A DNA stretch of 64,000 nucleotides, from NCBI GenBank assembly GCA_023265395.1, contig JAHFTX010000001.1, forward strand, positions 65,897 through 129,896, in the 5' to 3' direction. The first letter of the stretch is position 1. Each line of letters opens with the position of its first letter. The DNA is from Thermoplasmata archaeon. GTDB lineage: Archaea > Thermoplasmatota > DTKX01 > JAHFTX01. A model generated the notes under the pieces. That model made no database searches. It saw only the letters and a program-made list of their open reading frames with translations, and was not told the origin of the DNA. Of the stretch, positions 13,195 to 21,183 are shown piece by piece. A program made the position numbers and the translations under genes.

Positions 13195-14375
13195 GGGGCG
13201 GTGGTCTTCTCGTCTGCCCCAAGAGGCGCGCCGACAGCAGTCTTGGGGAGGATGGAGAGCCCCCCGGAGAGCTTCGTCACCAACGAGAGGAGCTGCCTGT
13301 CGTCGAGCTGGCTCTTTCGCAAGGCCTTGATCCGCATGAAGACCTCCTCGAAGAGCTCCTCGCTGACGTGAACACCCAGTCTGTCGAGTCGATACGTTAG
13401 GGTCGGACGTCCCGCCATCTTGTCAAGAGCGACATCGCGGGTCCGGCCCACAAGTTCTGCAGGGATGCTCTCGTAGTGGCTGGGGTCGATCAGCACCGCC
13501 GAGACGTGGAGGCCCGCGTTGTGGGTGAAGGCGTTGCGACCTACGACTGGTGCTTGCGCGGGAATAGGGATTCTTGAGGCACGCGCAACGACTTCGGAGA
13601 GCTGGGGGAGCAAGGGGAACTCCCAGCGGTTTTCCATCCCATACCGAAGGGCCAAGGCCATTGCGGTCTCCGCCAGAGGAGCGATTCCGGTACGCTCTCC
13701 CAGCCCATTGACCGTCGTGTCAATCAGACGGGCACCGGCTTCGACGGCCGTTAGGGAATTGGCGACGGCCATGCCGAGGTCGTTGTGACAGTGGACATTG
13801 AGCTCAAGGCCCGTGCGTTCCCGAAGGAGGTGGACGAACTGATACATCCGGAGAGGAGTCATGACGCCGACTGTGTCTGCGACCCCAATCCGGTCGACGC
13901 CCGCAGCCTTGCAGGCCAACGCGACCTTTACGACATTATCAATCGGGGATCGGACCGTGTCTTCGGGCGTGTAACGAACCTTGAGTCCATGCGCCTTGGC
14001 ATATTCAACGACATCGGTGATGAGGGCCAGAGCCTGCCCGAGATCCTTGCGGTAACGGTCCTCGAGAGCTTCGTTGCGCAGGCAGAAGAATATGCCGACC
14101 CAATCGACGTCACAGTCGATGGCAACATCGATGTCGGCGCGGATGGCCCTGCAGTGAGCGAGGATCTGGGCCTGGTGGCCCGCCCGCGAGATTCTTTGGA
14201 CCGCCCGTTTGATCTGGGGCGAGATCGCAGGGTGACCTGCTTCAATGATGTCGACACCGAACTGGTCGACCAGGGTGGCAATCTCCAACTTCTCCTTGAG
14301 GCTGAAGTTGACCCCAGGCGTCTGCTCCCCCTCTCGAAGCGTGCTGTCGAGGAGTTGAACGCTTGCGACGACCAT
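13191..14375 (-). CDS. Homocitrate synthase / isopropylmalate synthase family (DRE-TIM)
   Basis: LLDSTLREGEQTPG, HCHNDLGMAVANS, NGLGERTG, FTHNAGLH. No C-terminal LeuA regulatory domain, which favours homocitrate synthase. Confidence 0.88.
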   Translation of the reverse strand: MVVASVQLLDSTLREGEQTPGVNFSLKEKLEIATLVDQFGVDIIEAGHPAISPQIKRAVQRISRAGHQAQILAHCRAIRADIDVAIDCDVDWVGIFFCLRNEALEDRYRKDLGQALALITDVVEYAKAHGLKVRYTPEDTVRSPIDNVVKVALACKAAGVDRIGVADTVGVMTPLRMYQFVHLLRERTGLELNVHCHNDLGMAVANSLTAVEAGARLIDTTVNGLGERTGIAPLAETAMALALRYGMENRWEFPLLPQLSEVVARASRIPIPAQAPVVGRNAFTHNAGLHVSAVLIDPSHYESIPAELVGRTRDVALDKMAGRPTLTYRLDRLGVHVSEELFEEVFMRIKALRKSQLDDRQLLSLVTKLSGGLSILPKTAVGAPLGADEKTTAP

Positions 14376-14586
14376 GGATAGACCAGCATTCGATGCACAG
14401 AGGGGGTCCTAACGTTATCGATATGATTCTGCGGAAAGATGTAGCACCACTACTCTAGATGGTGTCTTTCGTCGAATTGTAACGCTTTCCGCAAAGGTGG
14501 TCTTTGGATCAAGTGCCCGGATGGCGCTGCACTCCTCGCTGCCTGACAGCCTAGGGTTTTGGACTTAGCCCCCCATTTGTGAGCCC

Positions 14587-15540
14587 ATGGCAACAACGGC
14601 AGTCACGGGTGGTGCTGGCTTCATCGGGAGCCACTTGGTGACCGCACTCCTCGAGCGGACCCACGATGAGATCGTGGTGATTGACAATCTATCAGGTGGG
14701 AGTCGGCGGATGCTTGCCCACGTGGCCGAGCATCCGCGACTGAGGATTCTCATCGTCGACTTGTTGGATCGAGATGACATGGTCGCCGCATTCGATGGGG
14801 TATCGACTGTGTTTCACCTGGCAGCCAATGCGGACGTACGGCTCGCCGCTGTCGACCAGGAGATAGACCTGCGCCAGGGTGTGGAATCCACCGCCAACGC
14901 CCTCCACGCAGCTGTCAAGGTGAACGCCTCTCGATTCATCTTCGCGAGCAGCAGCACGGTGTACGGCGAAGCGACGGCGATACCCACCCCCGAGGAATAC
15001 GGGCCGTTGCACCCCATCTCCCTCTATGGGGCCGCTAAACTGGGTGCCGAGGGTTTCGTCACCGCCTACGCCCACTCCTTCGGGCTCCGATGCTGGATCT
15101 ACCGGTTCGCCAACGTCATCGGCCCCCGTGTGACGCATGGCGTGATTGTCGACTTCCTCGAGAAGCTCCGTCGCGACCGGACGCGGTTGGAGATCCTCGG
15201 CGACGGGCGCCAGGCGAAGTCCTACTTGACGGTCCGCGATTGCGTCGACGGGATACTCCATGGCCTAGACCATGCAACGGATCACGTCAACCTCTACAAC
15301 CTCGGGACGGACGATGTCATCACCGTCCGCCGAATCGCTGAGATTGTCATCGAGGAGCTCGGCATCCAGAACGTGCGTCTTGAGTTCACGGGAGGCGACC
15401 GTGGCTGGAAGGGGGATGTACCGAGGATGCACCTCTCCTGCACCCGCCTGAAGAATCTGGGCTGGAAACCCTCCCACTCCTCCGAAGAGGCGGTCCGAGA
15501 AGCAATCCGCTCTTTGCGCGCGGAGCGCTGGCAACCGTGA
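14587..15540 (+). CDS. NAD-dependent epimerase/dehydratase (UDP-glucose 4-epimerase-like)
   Basis: TGGAGFIGSH, SSSTVYG and YGAAK (YxxxK) motifs. Confidence 0.93.
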   Translation: MATTAVTGGAGFIGSHLVTALLERTHDEIVVIDNLSGGSRRMLAHVAEHPRLRILIVDLLDRDDMVAAFDGVSTVFHLAANADVRLAAVDQEIDLRQGVESTANALHAAVKVNASRFIFASSSTVYGEATAIPTPEEYGPLHPISLYGAAKLGAEGFVTAYAHSFGLRCWIYRFANVIGPRVTHGVIVDFLEKLRRDRTRLEILGDGRQAKSYLTVRDCVDGILHGLDHATDHVNLYNLGTDDVITVRRIAEIVIEELGIQNVRLEFTGGDRGWKGDVPRMHLSCTRLKNLGWKPSHSSEEAVREAIRSLRAERWQP

Positions 15541-15914
15541 CCACAGTCCCCAGGACCCCGGTCACCCCCCCACACTCGGGGTGGGGGGGCCGTCAGCGGA
15601 CGCACCTTTGGTCGCTCGGAGGGGGCTAGGGAGCGGCGGTCCGCTGACGCTTGTTGATAGCAATCACGACATTGAGACTGAAGGCACCAGGGGTCGAATC
15701 GAGCCAAGAACCGGGGCCGATGACTATCCACCATGACCCGGGCCTGGCGACAGAATGGCCCAAACGGAGATGCCCCGGTTCCAAGCGTCCCACCGTCCCT
15801 CAGAATAGTGCTCCGTGTTAGCACGTCGCATGCCTTCTTCGGCCCGCTGGCTACATAAGTATGTTGGTGCTTTCTGACCATCGTCGGATGGGAAGCTGCG
15901 GGGCCGAGGATCAC
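15294..15914 (-). CDS. Possible small Cys-rich hypothetical protein (first ~90 aa plausible)
   Basis: GTGA start/stop overlap with the upstream 303-aa gene; DPWCLQSQCRDC motif. The 3' part overlaps the epimerase antisense, so the end is uncertain. Confidence 0.4.
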   Translation of the reverse strand: MILGPAASHPTMVRKHQHTYVASGPKKACDVLTRSTILRDGGTLGTGASPFGPFCRQARVMVDSHRPRFLARFDPWCLQSQCRDCYQQASADRRSLAPSERPKVRPLTAPPPRVWGGDRGPGDCGHGCQRSARKERIASRTASSEEWEGFQPRFFRRVQERCILGTSPFQPRSPPVNSRRTFWMPSSSMTISAIRRTVMTSSVPRL

Positions 15915-16822
15915 TCTCGTGGGGATGGGACGCCTTCGGCCCTGCTCGAGAAGACCATCCCGAGTGCAGTGACGATGTCCTCGAAGCGGGCGCCCCAGGG
16001 TACCGTCACAACACCGTCGGGTCCAGCCTGAACCTGTTCGATTAGATCACAGCACTTGGCTAGCACGAGGGGCCGTGTCCCGCTGGAGCGGGCCTTGGGG
16101 AGCAGTTGATCCAATCGGCTGCGTGGGCAGATGTCACGGAAGTGCGGCCGCACATGGTAGGTCGCCAGGAACACCTTGCGCGAGAGGTCGCACCCGACCA
16201 GCAGAGCCTCGGTGGGGTTCTGTAGGGTGCCCTTCTCCTCAAGGTAACATAGCGAGTGCCCGCCGGAATCCCATCCGCTACAGCGGCAGGGCAGAACGAC
16301 CTCACGCTCAACCGCTTCCGTGACCCACGGCTGCAGGTCTGTGAGCACCGGCACGATTTCCACGGGGCGGTCATGGGAGACCAATGCCAGGGCGCGCTCG
16401 ACTAGGACGACGAGCTTGGGCGGGGAGGGAGGGACCAGATCGATCACATAGAGTGGAATCGCCGGTTCCTTGTGGATGAAGGAGATATGGTCGAACTCGC
16501 CCTCGATGACGACGATGGGGTGTGGGACGACTGCGGCAGCCTTGGCCATGGACCAATGGTTGAGGGTGTCAGTCTGCGGGGAATGGAGATAGGCCACCTC
16601 TTCAGCCCCTACCCCAAGGAAAGCGAAATCTCTGACCGGGCAGAATAGGCCCTTGCCAGTGCACGTGATCGCCACGACCGCCCAGGTCTCGCCGTTGGTG
16701 AAGACGAGGTGAGTCGTCCCCTGGTAGAGGTTCCGACCGGCAAGCCAGGCGACAATCGTATCCCTCTCGACTGCCCCGGAGAGGTGCACCATCCCCACGT
16801 GGGAACAATGGGATGGGATCAC
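15911..16822 (-). CDS. Cys-rich hypothetical protein (possible metal/Fe-S binding)
   Basis: 303 aa; PCRC, VGCDLS, DICP and KCC cysteine motifs in globular context. Confidence 0.75.
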   Translation of the reverse strand: MIPSHCSHVGMVHLSGAVERDTIVAWLAGRNLYQGTTHLVFTNGETWAVVAITCTGKGLFCPVRDFAFLGVGAEEVAYLHSPQTDTLNHWSMAKAAAVVPHPIVVIEGEFDHISFIHKEPAIPLYVIDLVPPSPPKLVVLVERALALVSHDRPVEIVPVLTDLQPWVTEAVEREVVLPCRCSGWDSGGHSLCYLEEKGTLQNPTEALLVGCDLSRKVFLATYHVRPHFRDICPRSRLDQLLPKARSSGTRPLVLAKCCDLIEQVQAGPDGVVTVPWGARFEDIVTALGMVFSSRAEGVPSPRE

Positions 16823-16867
16823 GCTGGCACTCCGGGAAGCCGCCGCCCCAGACGCGGGGAGCAGTGC

Positions 16868-17173
16868 CTACTCGTCCCCGTCGTCCTGGGCAAGCTTGGT
16901 CGCGATGTCCTGACGGAGGTTTTCAGAAGTCTTCCCTTCAGTAGGGATTCCCAGTTGCTTGGCGGTCCGGACGATCTTCGAAGATGGAGGAGGTATCTTG
17001 CGACCACGGGCACGTTGCGCCTCAAGTCGCTGTTCTGATTCGAGCTTGCCAATCTCGTACTCGCCCCGAGCCTGGCCCATGCTACGAGCGAGTTCGGGGA
17101 GCTTGCGTGCCCCAAAGAGGAGCAGCAGGATGATGCCAATCAGCACAAAGGTCTCTGGACCGAATTGGACCAT
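16868..17173 (-). CDS. tatA: Twin-arginine translocase TatA/E
   Basis: GPET-hydrophobic TM-LFGARKLPELARSMGQARGE. Confidence 0.92.
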   Translation of the reverse strand: MVQFGPETFVLIGIILLLLFGARKLPELARSMGQARGEYEIGKLESEQRLEAQRARGRKIPPPSSKIVRTAKQLGIPTEGKTSENLRQDIATKLAQDDGDE

Positions 17174-17309
17174 GCGGTGCTCACCGACCAATCCGCCAAT
17201 CCGGGCAGACGGTATTTAAACGTACTGACCAATGAAAAGCGTGCGAGGCCTCCGGGGGCGAAATCCCTAACCTCTTGTGCACCATCCCGGTCGGGGGGGA
17301 GATGGTTCC

Positions 17310-17561
17310 TTGGCGCTTCGTCTGACGGTCAAGGATGCTGAGACGGGCAACCGCATCGAGATGGAACTGCAGGCGGAGAACACCGTCGATGAGGCAATCG
17401 AGAGCGCCTGCAGTTATTGGAGCAAGCGGCAAGGTGCTTTCGTCCTCAAGCAAGGCTCCACCATCTTGCGTGGGGGCGCGACCCTTCAGGGCAGTCACAT
17501 CGGAGAGCACACCATGCTCGAGCTGATTCCAGACCCACAGGGGGGTGCTCCTCTTGCCTAG
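17310..17561 (+). CDS. Ubiquitin-like (beta-grasp) modifier precursor ending ...PDPQGG-APLA
   Basis: TTG start at 17310 after a purine-rich SD; 83 aa. Hydrophobic pattern aligns by eye with ubiquitin; di-Gly at residues 78-79; co-operonic with E2 and JAB. Confidence 0.8.
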   Translation: MALRLTVKDAETGNRIEMELQAENTVDEAIESACSYWSKRQGAFVLKQGSTILRGGATLQGSHIGEHTMLELIPDPQGGAPLA

Positions 17562-18054
17562 GCTACCCGAGGACATCGTTCGTCAGCGGGTCGTCAATGA
17601 GTTGCGCGCGTGTCTGGATTCCTCCCGGCACACGATTAGGCTCGAAGAGGGGGCCCTCGAGAAGTTCCCAAACCGGGTCTGGATCGAGCTTGTTGGCTGT
17701 CCCGCGATGGTGCGCAGGGGAGACCGGGTCGAGACCTCGAGCGAACATCGCTTCCTGCTCGAGGTTCCGCGGGATTACCCCTACGAGCGTCCGACGGTCA
17801 TCTGGGCAACGGACATCTTCCACCCCAACATCATGCTCCCCAGCGAGGGAGGGTTCGTCTGCACCGGACTCCTGGAAGGGTGGACATCCCGCAGCACCTT
17901 GCTCGGATTCCTCCAGGGCCTGGAGGCGCTGCTGGCCAACCCCAATGCGGATAGCCCGTACGGAACCGCCAGTTGTACTTCGGCTGCCCAATACCTCAAT
18001 GCTCAACGAGCGACACCAGGGAGGACCCCTCAACTCTCTCGGACCTCCGGATGA
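17554..18054 (+). CDS. Ubiquitin-conjugating enzyme E2 (UBC fold)
   Basis: PRDYPYERPTV...IFHPNI...GFVC...W...LLANPNADSP matches the E2 consensus PxxYPxxPPxV...FHPN...C...W...LLxxPNxxSP. Start is TTG 17554 or GTG 17545. Confidence 0.9.
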   Translation: MPRLPEDIVRQRVVNELRACLDSSRHTIRLEEGALEKFPNRVWIELVGCPAMVRRGDRVETSSEHRFLLEVPRDYPYERPTVIWATDIFHPNIMLPSEGGFVCTGLLEGWTSRSTLLGFLQGLEALLANPNADSPYGTASCTSAAQYLNAQRATPGRTPQLSRTSG

Positions 18055-18069
18055 GGTGGGTAGGCCTCG

Positions 18070-18729
18070 ATGGTTCCACCGGCGCCCGAGCAGCACTCCC
18101 GGCCGCCATCAGTCGTGCGAGAAGTGCGTCTCCGGCGGCTCTTGGTCGAACCGCCGCGAGGCGAGCTGCCGCCCTGGGACCCTGAAGCGGCGGAACTCGC
18201 TAACGACCTCGCCCGTTGCACCATCGCAGCGGAGGCATGGGCAAGCATCGTCGATCAGTGTCGTTCGGCAGCGCAACGCAACGAGGAGACTATCGGGTTC
18301 CTGGTCGGGAGGCGAGTTGCCTGCAGGCGGACTCCGACGAAGGAGAACCGCCGTGCGACGCATCTCTTCGTCGCCATCACCCGCGCCATCACTGGAGAGC
18401 ACCGCGGCGACACCGTCTCTGTCCGATTCACCTCAGAGGGCCTCGCCCAGGCCGCAGGGCTCCTCAGTTTCGGTAGAGGGGGACGATCCGAGCAGCTGGT
18501 GGGGTGGTATCATAGTCACCTCGAGTTGGGATGCTTCCTCTCGGATCGGGACCTCATGACGCATGCACAAGCATTCCCTGGCGACGATGCGATCGCGCTG
18601 GTTGTGGATCCGCTACGGCGGGAGGCACGCGCATTCGCGCGCCCGCAATCTCGCGCCCTTGCCCCAGCTGGACCCGTCCAGGTGAGCTGGCTCCTGATTA
18701 CCGATGGAGTCACAGACCGTCCGGCTTGA
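18070..18729 (+). CDS. JAMM/MPN+ (Mov34/Rpn11-like) metalloprotease
   Basis: ETIGFLVG plus GWYHSHLELGCFLSDRD give a complete E...HxHx7SxxD motif; ALVVDP downstream. Confidence 0.9.
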   Translation: MVPPAPEQHSRPPSVVREVRLRRLLVEPPRGELPPWDPEAAELANDLARCTIAAEAWASIVDQCRSAAQRNEETIGFLVGRRVACRRTPTKENRRATHLFVAITRAITGEHRGDTVSVRFTSEGLAQAAGLLSFGRGGRSEQLVGWYHSHLELGCFLSDRDLMTHAQAFPGDDAIALVVDPLRREARAFARPQSRALAPAGPVQVSWLLITDGVTDRPA

Positions 18730-18840
18730 ATCGTACCACGAATCGATGCAATCGCACAGGTCACAAGGTTTATAGAGAAGTCCCGGTCGTGACCTCTCCG
18801 CAAGGAGACGAACCTCTCGCCACTGCAGGACGCCACACCG

Positions 18841-19116
18841 ATGAAGCTCCCGCGGCAGGTCAAGTGCTACTGCCCCTACTGCAAGGGTCACCGCCCCCAT
18901 GAGATCGAGCGGGTCAAGAAGCGGGCAGCCTCAGAACTCAGCTGGGGTCAGCGGCGATTCCGAAAGGTGACCTCGGGGTACGGGAGCTTCCCCCGTCCCA
19001 AACCTGATCGTAACAAGCCAACCAAGCGGGTTTCCATCCGCTATCGCTGTTCCAAGTGCAAGAAGGCGCACCAGCGGCCAGGGTTCCGGGCCAAGCGCTT
19101 CGAGCTGACCGAGTAG
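18841..19116 (+). CDS. rpl44e: 50S ribosomal protein L44e
   Basis: YCPYCKGH...WGQRRFRK...KPTKR...RCSKCKKAH. Confidence 0.96.
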   Translation: MKLPRQVKCYCPYCKGHRPHEIERVKKRAASELSWGQRRFRKVTSGYGSFPRPKPDRNKPTKRVSIRYRCSKCKKAHQRPGFRAKRFELTE

Positions 19117-19147
19117 AGGGAATCAAGACCAACGGAGGAGCCACACC

Positions 19148-19351
19148 ATGCCGGAGACGACCATTCCAAGCGAGACCGCACGGAGCAGTTTCCTCCGAGT
19201 CACCTGTCCCGACTGCGGCGCGAAGCGCATCCTCTTTAGCCATGCAGACACCCGCGCAACCTGCGACGTCTGCGGGGCCCATCTGGCCACCCCGACCGGG
19301 GGCCGGCTGGCCTTGCGGAAGGAAGTCGAGAGCGTGGAGGTGTTGCACTAA
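19148..19351 (+). CDS. rps27e: 30S ribosomal protein S27e
   Basis: FLRVTCPDC...FSHA...CDVCG...PTGG. Confidence 0.95.
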   Translation: MPETTIPSETARSSFLRVTCPDCGAKRILFSHADTRATCDVCGAHLATPTGGRLALRKEVESVEVLH

Positions 19352-19352
19352 G

Positions 19353-20129
19353 ATGGTCAAGCTCGGCGACTACCCAGAAGAGGGCGAATTGGTCATCTGC
19401 ACGGTCACAAAGGTCGAGAAGTTTGGCGCCTTCGTGTTTCTTGAAGAATACCAGAAACGCGAGGGCTTCATCCATATCAGCGAGGTCGCCAGTGGGTGGG
19501 TCAAGCACATCGGCGACTTCGTCCGTGTTGGAAAACGGCTCGTCTGCAAGGTCCTCAAGGTCAACTTGCAGAAGGGCCATGTCGATCTCTCGCTCAAGCA
19601 GGTCAACAAGCACCAGCGGCAGGTCAAGCTCCAAGAATGGAAGAATGAGAACCGCGCGGACCATCTTTTCGAAGAGGTCGCCCGTCGGGTGGGTCTGACC
19701 ACTCCGGAAGCCTATGACCAGTTCGGCAAGCGCTTGATTGAGGTGTTCGGCTCGATTTATGGTGCCTTCGAGGAAGCTGCCCTCGATGCCGAGACCTTGG
19801 AGAGCGAGAACTTCAAAGGTCCGTGGGTCGCCGAGTTTCTCGATGTCGCCCGGGCGAACATCGTCCCTCCCCATGTTGTCGTCAAGGGGACCCTCACTCT
19901 CACCAACCCTCGCGGGGATGGGATCGTCCACATCTGCAAGGCACTAGAGGCCGCCCAGCAAGTCTCTCGTGAGAGCATTTCCATCAAGTACCTCGGTGCG
20001 CCCCTCTACCGGATCCAGGTACGTGCCTTGGAATACAAGGAGGCGGAGGAGTTGCTCCGTGCAGCCCTCAAGGAGACCGAGCGCCTCATCACCAAGACCG
20101 GGGGAAGCTACGCGTTCGCCAAGGCGTAG
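19353..20129 (+). CDS. eif2a: Translation initiation factor 2 alpha subunit
   Basis: PEEGELVICTV, S1 domain GFIHISEVASGW, GHVDLSLKQV, YLGAPLYRI. Start ATG 19353. Confidence 0.95.
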   Translation: MVKLGDYPEEGELVICTVTKVEKFGAFVFLEEYQKREGFIHISEVASGWVKHIGDFVRVGKRLVCKVLKVNLQKGHVDLSLKQVNKHQRQVKLQEWKNENRADHLFEEVARRVGLTTPEAYDQFGKRLIEVFGSIYGAFEEAALDAETLESENFKGPWVAEFLDVARANIVPPHVVVKGTLTLTNPRGDGIVHICKALEAAQQVSRESISIKYLGAPLYRIQVRALEYKEAEELLRAALKETERLITKTGGSYAFAKA

Positions 20130-20159
20130 TTCTCGCCGAGCAGGCCGAGGTCCGCACCG

Positions 20160-20345
20160 ATGAAGACATTCATCCGCCACTGTCCAACGTGCGGGACCTA
20201 CACCTTCCTAGCAGCCTGCCCCGGGGCCGCCTGCAGCACCGCGACCGTCCCGGCACTCCCGCCACGCTACTCTCCCAATGACCGATGGGGCAAGTATCGC
20301 CGGGCGATGAACGCTGGCGAAGCACAGCTCACCAAGGAGGAGTAG
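20160..20345 (+). CDS. nop10: Nop10 (H/ACA RNP protein)
   Basis: CPTCGTYT...PPRYSPNDRWGKYRR; conserved operon position. Confidence 0.9.
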   Translation: MKTFIRHCPTCGTYTFLAACPGAACSTATVPALPPRYSPNDRWGKYRRAMNAGEAQLTKEE

Positions 20346-20346
20346 G

Positions 20347-21114
20347 TTGGAGCCCATCGTCGTCACCTATCACCAGGATTCGCGGCCGACCCTCAAACGG
20401 CCCATTCTGGTCGAAGGCCTCCCGGGCGTCGGGAACGTCGGCAAGCTCGCCGCAGAACTGGTCGTCGACCAGTTGAAGGCGGAGCCTTTCGCTACAATCC
20501 ATTCCCGCTACTTCCCTCCCCAGGTGATTGTGGACGACTCAGGGATCATCGCGCTCGTAAGCAACCGCCTCTATCTGTCCCGTCAACCCGGCCCCCACGA
20601 CCTCCTCTTCCTGGTGGGGGACTATCAAGGGCTCACCCCCGAGGGCCAGTACGAGCTTGCCGACTGTGTCCTAGCTCTCGCAAAGGGGCTTGGTGTCGAG
20701 CGGGTCTACACTCTGGGAGGCTATGGAATCGGCCGCATGGTCGAAGAACCCAAGGTACTAGGCGCGACCACCAGCGCTGCCCTCGTCGCGGAGATGCGCG
20801 CTGCTGGCGTCCTCTTCCCTGAGGGGGAGCCCGGCAGCGGAATCGTCGGGGCCAGCGGCTTGCTCCTGGGCCTCGGACGGATGCGCGCGATCGAGGGCGT
20901 CTGCCTCATGGGGCAGACCAGTGGCTACTTCGTAGACCCTAAGAGTGCAGGGGCACTCCTGACCATCCTCTGTCCGCTGCTCGGAATCACCGTTGACTTG
21001 GCCGACCTTGAAGCCAAGGCAGCGCAAATCGACGTGATCACCTCCAGGATCCGGGAGATCGAGGGCGGGGAAACCTCCCAACGTTCTCGTGAGGATCTCC
21101 ACTACATCGGATAG
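20347..21114 (+). CDS. Proteasome assembly chaperone family (PAC2/PbaB-like)
   Basis: LVEGLPGVGNVGKLA, FPPQV, YTLGGY, GIVGASGLLL, CLMGQTSGYFVDPKSA, C-terminal HYIG. Confidence 0.92.
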   Translation: MEPIVVTYHQDSRPTLKRPILVEGLPGVGNVGKLAAELVVDQLKAEPFATIHSRYFPPQVIVDDSGIIALVSNRLYLSRQPGPHDLLFLVGDYQGLTPEGQYELADCVLALAKGLGVERVYTLGGYGIGRMVEEPKVLGATTSAALVAEMRAAGVLFPEGEPGSGIVGASGLLLGLGRMRAIEGVCLMGQTSGYFVDPKSAGALLTILCPLLGITVDLADLEAKAAQIDVITSRIREIEGGETSQRSREDLHYIG

Positions 21115-21183
21115 GTGGGCCCGCGCCCTGGGGGGCGCGTACCGAGGAGTATTAAGTGTCCTCGGCTCAATGAGGTGACACCC

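Noticed and set aside
16868-18840. E1 (ThiF) or RING E3 near the Ubl operon
   Set aside because: No ThiF-type GxGxxG/D-x-D...NLxRQ or RING Cys/His pattern was found in any frame nearby, or recognised elsewhere in the window.
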